Source of the DNA: Vitrella brassicaformis CCMP3155
Lineage: Eukaryota > Protista > Chromerida
Direction: 5' to 3'
DNA length: 64,000 bases
Assembly (NCBI GenBank): GCA_001179505.1
Contig: CDMY01000047.1
Location: 1-64,000 of the forward strand
The notes beneath the pieces were generated by a model, which saw only the letters and a program-made list of their open reading frames with translations, had not been told where the DNA came from and did not search any database. Positions 49,415 to 61,434 of the stretch are shown here, one piece after another. The position numbers and the translations under genes are program-made. Numbering within the stretch: position 1 is the first letter of the stretch; the number at the start of each line of letters is the position of its first letter.

Positions 49415-50389
49415 ATGCAGAGCTACAAGAAGATGGAGGAGGCTCAGCCTGAAGACGAGGAGGCGGGCCTGATGATGGACAACGGAACCCAGCCTGTGGG
49501 GGCAAATGGCACACACCCGCGGCCGCCACACATGGAAATGGACAGGGCGCCGCTCTTCGGGCCCTTCGTCGTGGCAGGTGAGGTGCGGTCACAAAGGAGG
49601 AGGAGAGGAGCAATGCAAGGATGACCATGTGTGCATGCAGATGCCTCCCTGGCCTCTGACAACGCCCCGCGCGAAGACTACAGCTGCGTGACGCGCTGCG
49701 TGACTGTCTCGCAGGCCTTAGCGTCCCTGAGTGGCGTGCTGGTGGGTATTCTGGCGGTGTCGCTGCACCCTGAGCTCATGCAGGTGAATCCGTGGGTCTT
49801 CTGGTACATCATCGCCACCTTGCTGCTGGAGATCCTGCTGCTGCTCGTGGCGGGGGTGTGTGTGCTGTGTCTGCGGGTGACCCTCGGCCGTCGCGCGGTG
49901 GTGTATTCGGCGGCGGTGTGTGGGCTGTGGGTCAACTACATCGGTGGCGTCAGCTCCTGGGTGAGTGCCGGCTTCGGCGTGTACATCATCGTCTACCACC
50001 TCAACACGCCCCTGCCTTTGCTGGCGGAGATCTACCTGTGTCTGGAGGTGGGGCTCTCCCTCTTCCTCAGCGCCCAGTGCTGCGAGATCGCCTCCAAGAT
50101 CGTGGGGTACCTCATCCACAAGCTCGAGGCCAAGCTGTCCCGGCGGCCCGAGGTGACGTTCCAGTCGATGGAGCTGCCCGTCTACTACACCAACCTGCGG
50201 CAGGTCGACCAAGCCCTCTCGTCGATGGAGCACCCCACGAGGTCACCCAGACTGCCCAAGGGGGGCGAGGCGGGCACTAAGAGGGAGAGAGAAAGGGGTG
50301 GTGGCGTCGCTGCACCAGAGGCTGGTGGTAGTGCTGTGGCTGTGGCTGCTGATGGTGCAGAGGGGAAAGGGGAACAGCCGAGTGTCTGA
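49415..50389 (+). CDS. Hypothetical protein with about 4 transmembrane helices, 2 exons
   Basis: MQSYKKMEEAQ...PFVVA|DASLASDN..., followed by four hydrophobic stretches in ORF 49631-50389. Confidence 0.7.
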
Positions 50390-50684
50390 GGGGAGGGAGA
50401 GAGAGAAAGAGAGGAGGGCTGCATGCCTGTGTGTCTAGATGCATGGGTTGGTGCTTTATCAGTGAGTGCTTTATTCTATCAGTGACGACGTCTGCCGCAT
50501 GAATGAGACGAACACACGGTCGCAACCCAAACCCACTCATCTCGCCTCAAGCTCGCACATATTTGCCGCAAATAGGCGTAGAGCTCACTCGCCTCATCTC
50601 CAGCCTTCAGGACCCACCCGCTTTTGATGCTGATCTCCCTGACCGCCGGCGGATCTATCCCATGACCCCACTGCTGGCGTTGTG

Positions 50685-51512
50685 ATGGAGCATGGCACGT
50701 CAGAAGAGAGCATCATGAGTGCAGGGAGCGGCATCCACAATGCCTCCTCCTCTTCAGAGCTGCCCACCGCCGCCGGCAGCACCTCCAGCGACGCCCCACC
50801 CAGCTCTCCCCAGGCAACGGGCAAGAGGAGCCGGTTCGACTGGCCGGTGGACGAGAACGACAAGGCCACCGTCATCAAGCTGTGGCCCTGGACCATCGGC
50901 AGGTCCAAGCTCAGAAACCCACATGCCAGGGGCTTCTGGTGCTCGTGGATCACCTTCTTCGTCGCTTTCCTGGGCTGGTCAGTGAGTGGGTGAAGGCACT
51001 GGAGGGATGGATCGATGGATCTATCTATGTGTGTCATTCAATTTCCTTGGCTCAGGTTTGCTTTTGCGCCCTTGATGCCCGAGGTCCGAAAGCACATCGG
51101 CCTGTGCGACTCCCTCACCGAGGACGGCAGCTGTGTGTGCGGCCCGTCGTGTCAGAGCACCATCCAGTCGTCCCACATCTGCTCCATCGCCGGCACCATC
51201 CTGATGCGAATCGCCTCGGGATACTTCCTCGAGCGCTTCGGCCCCCGCCGCGTCAATGTGGCCTTCCTGACGCTGTTCTCGGTGCCGGTGTTTTTGTCGA
51301 CTCTCGTGGCGAACGGGCCGGGGCTGATCGCTACTCGCTTCTTCATCGGCTTCGTGGGCGCCACCTTCGTCACGGGGCAGTTTTGGTGCACGCTGCTCTT
51401 CGCCCCGAATGTCGTCGGGACGGCTAATGCTACGGGTACATACGCCAAACACAACACAACACAAGCAGTGGAAGCACCGCACCCACACAAATCGGCTGCT
51501 TTGCACATCCAC

Positions 51513-51551
<39 letters not shown>

Positions 51552-53171
51552 GGTGGGTGGGTGGGTGGGTGCGTGGGTGGGTGGACGGATGGGTCAGCTG
51601 CTGGTTGGGGGAACTTAGGTGGCGGCGTGACTCAGTTCCTGATGACGGGTCTGTTCAACGGTTTTGTGGCGGCGGGGCTGCATGAGGATACGGCCTGGCG
51701 CGTGTCGATGCTCGTGCCTGCCACGCTCTACTGGATCGTGGCGGCCGTTATGTGGTTCGGCGCCCAGGACACTCCCAACGGCACCTTCCACGCCGCCATG
51801 CTCGGCAAGAGCAAAACCAGCATCTATAACTACATCGAGTGAGTCGAGTCAGCCACACACACACATGGGCGTGAGGTGACGTGTTGCGTGGAAGTGTATG
51901 TGTCTGTCTGTCTGTCGTTGTGTGGGTGTGTCTGTCTGTTAGGTGTCTGAGTGACTACCGGATCGTGTTGATGATAGTGCACTATGCGGCGTGTTTCGGG
52001 ACGGAGATCACCATGTACAATCAGCTGCCCCTCTACTTCTTCGACCACTTCGGGCTCTCCCTCTCGCAAGCCTCGGGGGCTGCCGCCGCATTCGGACTCA
52101 TCAACACTTTCGCCAGAACACTCGTGAGCTCTGGAGACAACCCCCACCCCCACGCACACAGACACTCTGTGTATATGTGTGTGTGTGTGTGTGTGTCAGG
52201 GAGGTCTGTTGAGCGATCGTTGCTACCGACACTACCACATCCAGGGGCGGCTGTGGGCTCACTTCGCGTGTATCCTGCTAGAGGGGCTGACGCTGGTGAT
52301 GTTCGGCTTCATGCGGTCGCTGGGCGGCGCCATCGCCATCCTCTGCCTGTTCTCCATTTTCGTGCAGGTAGGTACCAGTGCAGTGAGCGGCAGACACACA
52401 CAACCATCCATCCATCCATCCATTGGCCGACCCCCGTGTGCGTGGTTGTGTTGTGTTGTGCACATCATCAGATGTCAGAGGGCACCACCTACTCGATCGT
52501 GCCCTTCATGTCCTACCGCAACCTCGGCATCGTCACAGCCATCGTCGGAGCGGTCAAACAGACAAAACACACTTGACACACACATTGACCATCCGCTCTC
52601 ACCCTGCCTCACTCACTCCTGTCTCTCGACCGACGTTCAGGGCGGCAATGTGGGTGCGGTTGCGTGGGGCTTCATCTACAAGGACAACCAGTCGGCCCCC
52701 AACGTCGCCTACCAGGTCCACGGCGGCGCTGTCATGGCCATAGCGCTCACGGCCTTCCTCATCTACTGGCCACACTTCGGCAGCATGCTACACAGACCCA
52801 AAGAGGGGCTCGCTCTGCCACCAGGGGCGGGGGGGAGGAACACCTACGGCCACGCCAAGACCAAGCCCAAGGGCTCGCCCCCCGCCAGGACCCCCAAGAC
52901 CGTCATACCGCCGACCGTCGAGGCAGACGCGCAGACCGACCCCGCCTCGCCCCGGCTGAGCATCACGGGCTTCAACGGCAGTGCGTCGTGGAGCACAGCC
53001 GATGGCGGCATGAACGGCCAGCAGCAGCTCCAACAAGTGGTGAATGGGGGGCCGGCTGCTATTGGTGTTGGTGTGTTGCCCGAGGCGCCGCCGCCGGTAG
53101 TGTGGAAGATGCCGTCGGTGCGGAGCAGCCAGAAGCTGGAGACCATCCCTGAGACGGAGTCGCAAGTGTGA
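50685..53171 (+). CDS. NRT2: High-affinity nitrate/nitrite transporter (NRT2/NNP family, MFS)
   Basis: RGFWCSWITFFVAFLGW|FAFAPL, MRIASGYFLERFGPRR, RFFIGFVGATFVTGQFW, NVVGTANAT..AGWGNLGGGVTQ, HYAACFGTEIT, GLINTFAR..GG.LSDR, EGTTYSIVPF, GAGGNVGAV. Confidence 0.95.
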
Positions 53172-53850
53172 GGGAGGGGCGCGTGTGCATCACATCACGT
53201 CACGTCAGCGATGATCTTTGTATCCTCGTGTCGGCGGGGCGGCTCGCCCCCCCTCTCACACGTGCGGCGTCCGGTGGGGGGTGGGGGGAGAGGGAGTTGG
53301 GGGGGGAGGGCACATGTGTTGAAGTGATTGAGGTGGATGAACGGGATGTGGTGTGTTGGTTTTGTCTTTTTTGTCGTGTCGTGTTTCGTGTGTCTGTGTG
53401 TGTGCGTTATTGCTCATGCGACTGTGTGGCATGACGTGGGGTGGCATCCATCCATCAATATCAATAATACCATACCGGCAGGCAGGCAGGCAGTTTCAAT
53501 GCTTTATCCTTCCTTCCCCCGTCCGTCCGTCCCTCTGCTCACTGACTGCTCACTTTTTTTCTCTCCTTCCCTTCCCCCTCACGTCACGTCAGGTCGCCTC
53601 CCGTCCTACCTACCGCCCCACCGCCCACTAAGATGTTTTTATCCTGCTGCATGGGGTGGCCATTCCATGTCATGTCGTGTCGTGTCGTGCACACAGAGAG
53701 GTGGGCTGGGCTGCCTCCGAATGCAGGCAGCGTGGTGGACGGATGCATAAGTCACCTAAGTGTGTGTGGGCACTCACTGGCGTGGTTGTGTGTCGCTTTC
53801 TGTGGGGTGGCATGCCATTGACCTCTTGTACAGATCGCAAAGGATGGGGG

Positions 53851-54150
53851 NNNNNNNNNNNNNNNNNNNNNNNNNNNNNNNNNNNNNNNNNNNNNNNNNN
53901 NNNNNNNNNNNNNNNNNNNNNNNNNNNNNNNNNNNNNNNNNNNNNNNNNNNNNNNNNNNNNNNNNNNNNNNNNNNNNNNNNNNNNNNNNNNNNNNNNNNN
54001 NNNNNNNNNNNNNNNNNNNNNNNNNNNNNNNNNNNNNNNNNNNNNNNNNNNNNNNNNNNNNNNNNNNNNNNNNNNNNNNNNNNNNNNNNNNNNNNNNNNN
54101 NNNNNNNNNNNNNNNNNNNNNNNNNNNNNNNNNNNNNNNNNNNNNNNNNN
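53851..54150. other. Assembly gap (300 N)
   Basis: Directly visible. Confidence 0.99.
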
Positions 54151-54999
54151 GGGCTGGTCGTTCGTGGGTTCGTGGGTTCGTGGGTTCGTGCGTGGGTGCG
54201 TGCGTGCGCAGCGAAAGCTGCGTGGCGTGTAGATAGATAAGATGACGCTGCTGTGGAGCCACAGTGTCTGTCTTGTGTCTGTCTGTCGGTCGTGTCGGTC
54301 GGTCGCGTCGGAAAGAGAGAGAAAGAGAGTCGGTGTTGCGTCTTGTAGTCGACATGTGGGTGTGCGCATGTGTGTGTGTGTGTGTGTGTGTGTGTTGCGT
54401 ACGCGTGGCTCCCGGGGGGTGCCGGGCAGCTCAGCTCAGTCGATGGATGTGTGGATGGACGGAGGGATGGGAATTCGACCAATGAATGGGCGGCTGCTTG
54501 TAAGGCTGTCTGTCTGACTCCTCTCGCTCTCCTCGGCCGGCCGGCCGGCCGGTCTCAATCATCCATATGGGGTGCGAATCGTGTCTGGTTGCCATCTTTC
54601 GTGCAAATGGATGGATGGATGCATGGATGGATGCATTGCATGGCTCGAGGTACTCATGCATATTTGTGTGTACTGAGCGCAGCGCACGAGGTGGGTGGTT
54701 TTTGGTGTCGTGTGTGAGTATACGGAACTGCGAGGGTGTTTTTAATGGATGGTGTGTATCCTCAATGACATCAGTCAAAGGACTCTTCCATAAATTGAGT
54801 CTTGACATCACGCAGTAGAGCGTCACAGCACCGGCAACACCACCGCATGCCCACAAACGAGCAGCACGAGAGCGGGGCGCCGTACGAAGCGCCCAGCCTC
54901 ACTCACGTGCGTCTCGTTCAGGAGCGTGCAGAAACGGTCTTGCCACATCGCTAAATGGCAGTCAAGCACACGGATAAACCACAGATATCTGACTGTGTG

Positions 55000-55180
55000 T
55001 CCATGTTAGTGTGAATTTCCTCGCTGTCAATTTCGCTGCTGCGCCACACGGGTCCCCAGCTGGACAACCTGACGATACAGCCAATGGCAGTCTTGTTGCC
55101 ATTGACTCTCTCGTCAGGCTGCCATCCGACAACTCGGTGCAGACACAGCAGCGAGCATCAGACAGTCGCGTACACACGGT
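55000..55180 (+). repeat. Dispersed repeat, copy B (homolog of 20950-21130)
   Basis: Same conserved blocks as copy A. Confidence 0.85.
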
Positions 55181-55990
55181 CAGCATGACAGAGAAGATGC
55201 CCGCATCATTCCAGCAAAAAAACACACCGTCGTACCCCCCTGACATACAAAAGGCAGTGAACAACCATCAAGACAAGACGGTCAAGGCACAGATCACAGA
55301 CATCGCCGCTCGCGCCCATCCTCTTCCTCCTCTGCCACCCCATCCGGCCACCAAGTGACTCCTCAGCGAGTCACTCCTCAGCGAGTCACTCGGCGTCTGA
55401 GGAGGTGGAAGACAGAGGAAAAGAATAAAGCAACAAACAGCGTAAGACAACCAAACGTGCGAGGAAAGGACAGACTTGAAGGCTCAGAACAGCACGTAGA
55501 TGTTCGAGTAAGGTGGCGGGTAAGGTGGCGACGTGGGCAGAGACTCAAGGACCATCTGCGGGCACTTGGAGTGAGCGCAGGGCAATTCAGCTTCCTCTTT
55601 CATGCGCCCCCGCCGCAGCCACTTCACGAGAACGAGAACCTGACGTCCACACACACCACACACAGCCATGCCCACTCTCCCGTGTACGGCCAGGTGTGCA
55701 CGCCCATTCACGTACCTTTCGAAATGCATGAGATCTCCCCCGCACGGCTGGTGAGGATGAGTCCCATCGGCTTCAGGCTTCAGTTTCAAGACATGCTAGG
55801 GCAGCCAATCACTTTGGCGTCCTTAGGATCGACATGCAAAAGGATCGGAGATGGGTTTGACGCCCGTAGGATAACTGACCCTAGCTAAGCTCGCACTCCT
55901 GAAGCCAAGTGAATTGCAGCCCCCTCTGTGCGTGGAAGCGTCGCGTTCCTGACGAGCCCTCTGTTAGCGTGTTACTTGACCGTTGATTGA

Positions 55991-56508
<518 letters not shown>

Positions 56509-57647
56509 GCATCCTCCCACCCACCACCACCCTGCCCTACTACTACACCCCACACCACACCACAACCACCCACACGTACATACCCATCGGAGAGCTGACG
56601 AGACGAGACGACGACACGACAAGACCCCCTGATGACGACTGTGGCCTCACTCATGATGACAGAGAGGGGGGGAACACTGACTGGATGGACTGAGAGAGGG
56701 GATGGAGGCATCATGTCATGTGACTGACTGACTGCCGACTGACTGACTGATTGCCACGCGTGCGCTGCTGAATACGACTGACTGTCTCGGGCGGGGTAGC
56801 TGACCGAGACCTACCTACAGACCACAGACTGACCGACCTTTCTGGTGCCACTGGGCGCCACCATGTGACTTACTGGTGGATGGATGATGAACACGACACG
56901 ACACAAGGGAGGGCAGACAGATGAGCGAGTGGATGGATGAGGGGTCGATGGTGGGTTGAGTGGTCTGGCACGGTGTCCGTTCCTTTTGCCTTTTTGGTGT
57001 GGTGACAGGTCGGACTGTGTGGTTCTGTCTGTGTGCCATGACGCTTCGCCTTTGCTTTTGGATGCGAAGTTTTTCCATCTGTCTGTCTGCCGTGCTGATA
57101 CGTCCATCTCCGTTCCGTCGTTGGCCACTTGCCTTGTGGGATTGGATGCGTGGGTGCATGGGTCCGATGCGAATGGGCCCTTGCCCTCGCGTCAATGCTG
57201 ACGGGGCAAGTGAGAACGACGCATATGGACAGATGGCAGGAACCCTCTGTGTGATGCCTTGCTGCCTTGCTGCCGGCCCCCCTCTCTCTCTCCCCTAGTG
57301 TATTTAGAAGTGACGATGGCCTCCGAGTGAGTGAGTGATGGTCTGTACGATAGCCTGGTGGATGTGTCTTACGTGTGTGGCGAACTGGTCGTGGTGTGCG
57401 TGACGGACAAGAGTGTACGCGTGGATGGATGGCATGAATGAATGCACCATCGGATTGGGTCATTGGCCGACGAAATATCGGAGATGGAACATTCACGAGT
57501 ATGCACACAGGTTGCAACAGCAGTAGTCAATCGAGTCCGTTCGCCTCGCCATGCACACACATACAGGTAGGTACATATGTACACACGCCACCACATACGG
57601 AAAGGAACCTCATACACACACCCACATCCGTCCAAGCATGTATGTTG

Positions 57648-59832
57648 TCACCGCCCGAGTGACGCCCGTGGCAGGGAATATGTCGACGAGAAAGATGACG
57701 GGTAGGGCGACACCAGCGGCACACCGCCGTCACGGTAGCCATACTGACACACACAGAGAGGGAAAAACATAGACCCACAACTGGCCACTTCCCCTCTCGA
57801 TGCGATGTGTGGTGACGTACATCAGCCATTTTGTTCGCGAGTTTGAGTGTCTCCATCTCTTCCTCTTGGCTGGGCAGGCCCCTCTCACAGCACCCACTGC
57901 ACCCTCCCCACCACATCACTGCCACACACCGCACCACGCACACAACAGATGAGCGGACCAATACACGGATGGATGGGTGCGTCCACACTGGGCTCTGGGT
58001 GGGAGGTGTGCTGTGTTGCCTACCCAGTAGGTAGATCCCCCATCCAAGCAGGCCGACGATCACGGCACCAACTGCTACAGCTATCGACCACATCCACCAG
58101 CCTAAACGCATCAATGAACACAGAGAGTGCGGCCACACCACAGCCGCAGAGGGGTCCACAGACCGTTCGCGTGTCTGTGTGTGTGTGTGGGATGGGGACG
58201 GACCTCCGAATCGGTAACATTTCCCTCTGAGGAGGAATCGTCCTTCCCACATGGTGCCAGACGGGATGCACGCCAGGCACACCTGGCTGTTCTCACACAC
58301 ACCGCACAACTCACCACAGTCTGCACACACACACACACATGTGCCAATCGGTGCGGCCACTCTGTGTCTGTGTGTGTGTGTGTGTTTGGTGTGCCTTATC
58401 CCTTCCTTACGTGAGCACCTGCTAGCAACCGAGTCGCCATAGAAACCTGCAGCACAACACAACGCACCACGGCACACCGTCTGAGGGAGAGGTGAAGGCT
58501 GCTCGTCTCTAAGCATTCAAGACACCTCGGCTGCATTTGCTGGTGCATGCGCCCGCATCCGCCGAATAGAAAGGATGCTCCTCTGGGCAGCCTGACAGAC
58601 AGAGGGAGGGGAAGGAAAGGAAAGAGGCACATGCAGGTCCTCCTCGGTCTCTCCCTCTTTGCGCCCCCCACCGCCCCGCCGACCGACCATCTCTGACGAT
58701 GTTGATGGTGTATTTGCCGGCCGATCCCGTCTGCAGGGCGGGCGTCACCTCAATGATGATCTGCCGACTCTTGCCAGGGTCCAAGTGAAACAGCCGCGAC
58801 TCACCTTCACACACACAAAAGTGAACACACGCTGCACCCACCGCTCCACGCCATCCCTGCTGCCCACTCACCTTTTCTCTGAACCTCGCCGGCCATCCTC
58901 CCGCCCAGGAACCGCCTGCCACCCACAGCGGCACCGGCATCGCTCTGGTTGCCCTTGTCCTGCCCGAGTGCGGCGGAGTCATAGACAGCACACGACTGGC
59001 CGCCGTCAGCGCCCTCAAAGGTCAGCACCACATCGTCAGTGTTGAGGGGCAGGTAGGCCAGGTAGGAAACCCGGTGTGGGTTAAACGGGGGGCACATGGG
59101 TGCGTGTGCCGAGCACCCAGTGGGGCACCGGCTGCTGTCGGCCCCTGGGCACCCCGACGAGTAAGCCACTTGAAGAGAGGCCAACGTGACGTCTTCCCCA
59201 GCTGCAGTGCAGCAAGAGGAGGGAAAAAGAAAAAAGGACAGGACTGTGAGCACCGCATCGCATCGTGGCGGCACGGCAGCTTACATAGTCTTTGGAGGCT
59301 GATGGTGTATGTGGTCTTCTTGCCACCATTCACGACGGACACCGTGACCTTCCGATGCTCACCTGGCGATATCTGAATAAACGTCAGTCACAATCACAGA
59401 CCGACACCCACATCTATCCATCCATCCATCGATTGGCCAATCCATGTGTCCCTCCGCCTCCCTCACCGTGACCTCCGTGCCGACTGGTCCCTCCACAGTG
59501 GATGTGTTGCTCGTCGGCACTGCATCCACGGCGTATCTCGTCATGTCAAAGTCCATCGTCGCCGCATAATGCACCACAGAAGGACGAAATGCCGGCCTGC
59601 ATCATGAATGAATGATGCATCAGCAGCAAGGAAGCGAAAACACATAGTCAGGTCAGCCTTGTTCCTCTTTCTTTGCGCACCCTCCCACCCACCTGAGGTC
59701 CACCCTTCTGTCGTCGCATCGGATGTCCAGGAACCGCAGCGATGCATCTGGCATGGAGGCGGTGAACACGAGCGCTACAGAGAAGAAGAGAGAACCGACA
59801 AAGAGGCGTGAAGCGACAAAGAGGCGTGACAT
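57648..59832 (-). CDS. Type I membrane protein: signal peptide, two cadherin-like beta-sandwich domains, furin-like Cys repeat, TM, short tail
   Basis: MSRLFVASRLFVGSLFFSVALVFTA; DASLRFLDI..PAFRPSVVHYAATM...VTVSVVNGGKKTTYTISLQRL; TLASLQV...PFNPHRVSYLAYLP...GKYTINIVR; CPEEHPFY...CTSKC..GFYGD..CGELCGVCENSQVCLAC; TM WWMWSIAVAVGAVIVGLLGWGIYLLG. Confidence 0.75.
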
Positions 59833-60248
59833 TGGTATTGCCAATGCATATCGCGTTACACGGCTCCCGTCCCCCAAGGGCGATCGAACAACTCGTTCGT
59901 TCGTTCGTTAACCTCACGGGGACCTTGCCCCCCGGCCCCCCGAAGGGGTACGCAAGAACGAGTCTGTGTGATGCAGGCCTGTCCAACCACCCACCCACCC
60001 ACCCCTATGGTCCACCACAAAATGAAACCTGCACAGGGATGGGCACAAAATGGCACTGGCACCGGCCGACATGCAGATGACAACAGAGGGCACAGGTGAC
60101 GAACAACTCATCCTCCAGGTCGTTTTGACCGTTCTTCTGCCTAGAGTGATGCTTGACTTGCTGATTGACGTGATTGACGGCCTTCTGTTTTGGTTTTTGA
60201 TGTCACAACACGTGTCCGACGTCACGCCCGTTTGTCCATTGTCCATCG

Positions 60249-60580
60249 CAGGTGCGGGGCTCTGACGCACTTCCGTTGCATCCTCCAACCCGACCGCAGG
60301 CAGCCGAAACATTACGTGTGCCTCGACTGCTGACCGACGGGGGCGAGGAGAAACGACAGTGCCTGCAAGCCCGCACTATTTCACACACCGACAAATAAAC
60401 AAACACCGGAGGACCCAGGTGGTACGTGCATCCCATAATATCATCCTGTCCCCGCCCAATCGCTTGCACAGGTGCGGGGATCGTGGCTGCATGTCTGTTG
60501 GCTCGTCAACCCCATCGGCAGGCAGCCGAAGCATTCTGTGGGCCTCGACTGCTTGCAGAGGGAGAAGATCAGGCACAGTC
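60249..60580 (+). pseudogene. Two degenerate tandem copies of a PHD-finger-like exon
   Basis: Diverged direct repeat of about 110 bp at 60249 and 60469, each starting at a cag|g acceptor. Copy 1 encodes CGALTHFRCILQPDRRQPKHYVCLDC* (C-x4-H-x2-C...C-x2-C); copy 2 is frameshifted (WLHVC...GRQPKHSVGLDCL). Confidence 0.5.
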
Positions 60581-61434
60581 ACGTAGCAACGATATCCCGG
60601 TCCCTTTTCACCGAGTACCTAAAATTGTGTGTGTGGATCTCCCGGCTCATTCACCCGTTTAAACAAAACCCACCCGAGAGAGACTTTGCATCAAAAAGAA
60701 TGGGGGGATCAAAAAGAAAAGGAATAGGTCGTTCGTGGATGTCATCTCAGGTATCTCATCTTGTTGTCGCCGGCAAATCGCTGTCAGCCACGCAGGCAGG
60801 CAGGCAGGCAGGGAGGGAGGGAGGTGGGGGAGAAAAATCACAGGGGCAGTCAGTCAGTCAGTCAGTCGTGCAGGCACGAATGCATGCAGGCAGGTGATAA
60901 ATAGGCATACACACGTGCGTGTACATTGTGACATCCATCAGGCAGCGACCCAGCACTCGCTGGCCCCGCCCGGCCATGAAAAAAAGTGAAGACTAAACCA
61001 GCCATCCATCCATCCATCGATGGCTGGCACGTGACTTGGCTGAGTCTTCGATAAAGAGACTGAATAAAACGTGCATTCCATTCCGGCCGTCCACTCACCT
61101 CCCCTCCCTCCCTCTCTCCCTCCCTCCCCCACACCACACAGGCAGGCCACGTTATACACAGCAGCAGGCAGCGTGGAGCATTTATTGGTCGCACACGCAA
61201 AAAGCGTCGGAGTGCTCCGACGGTCGGGCGATAGACAGACAGACAGACAGATCGATCAATCACACGATAAACCCCCCAGCACACGCCACACTTCCTCACA
61301 ATACAATCTCTCGCACAATAAACCAACCAACCAACCAAACAACCACCTACTTACCGATACGAAGACCCGTCTACCTCTACCTACGCTACGCCCTAGCTAC
61401 GTACACACAATGGTACACACATTCCATGCACACA

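Noticed and set aside
55484-55789. Chromodomain-like stretch VLVKWLRRG…CPQMV on the minus strand
   Set aside because: It lacks the W-E-P core and aromatic cage residues, the splice phases do not join, and no integrase/RT is nearby.
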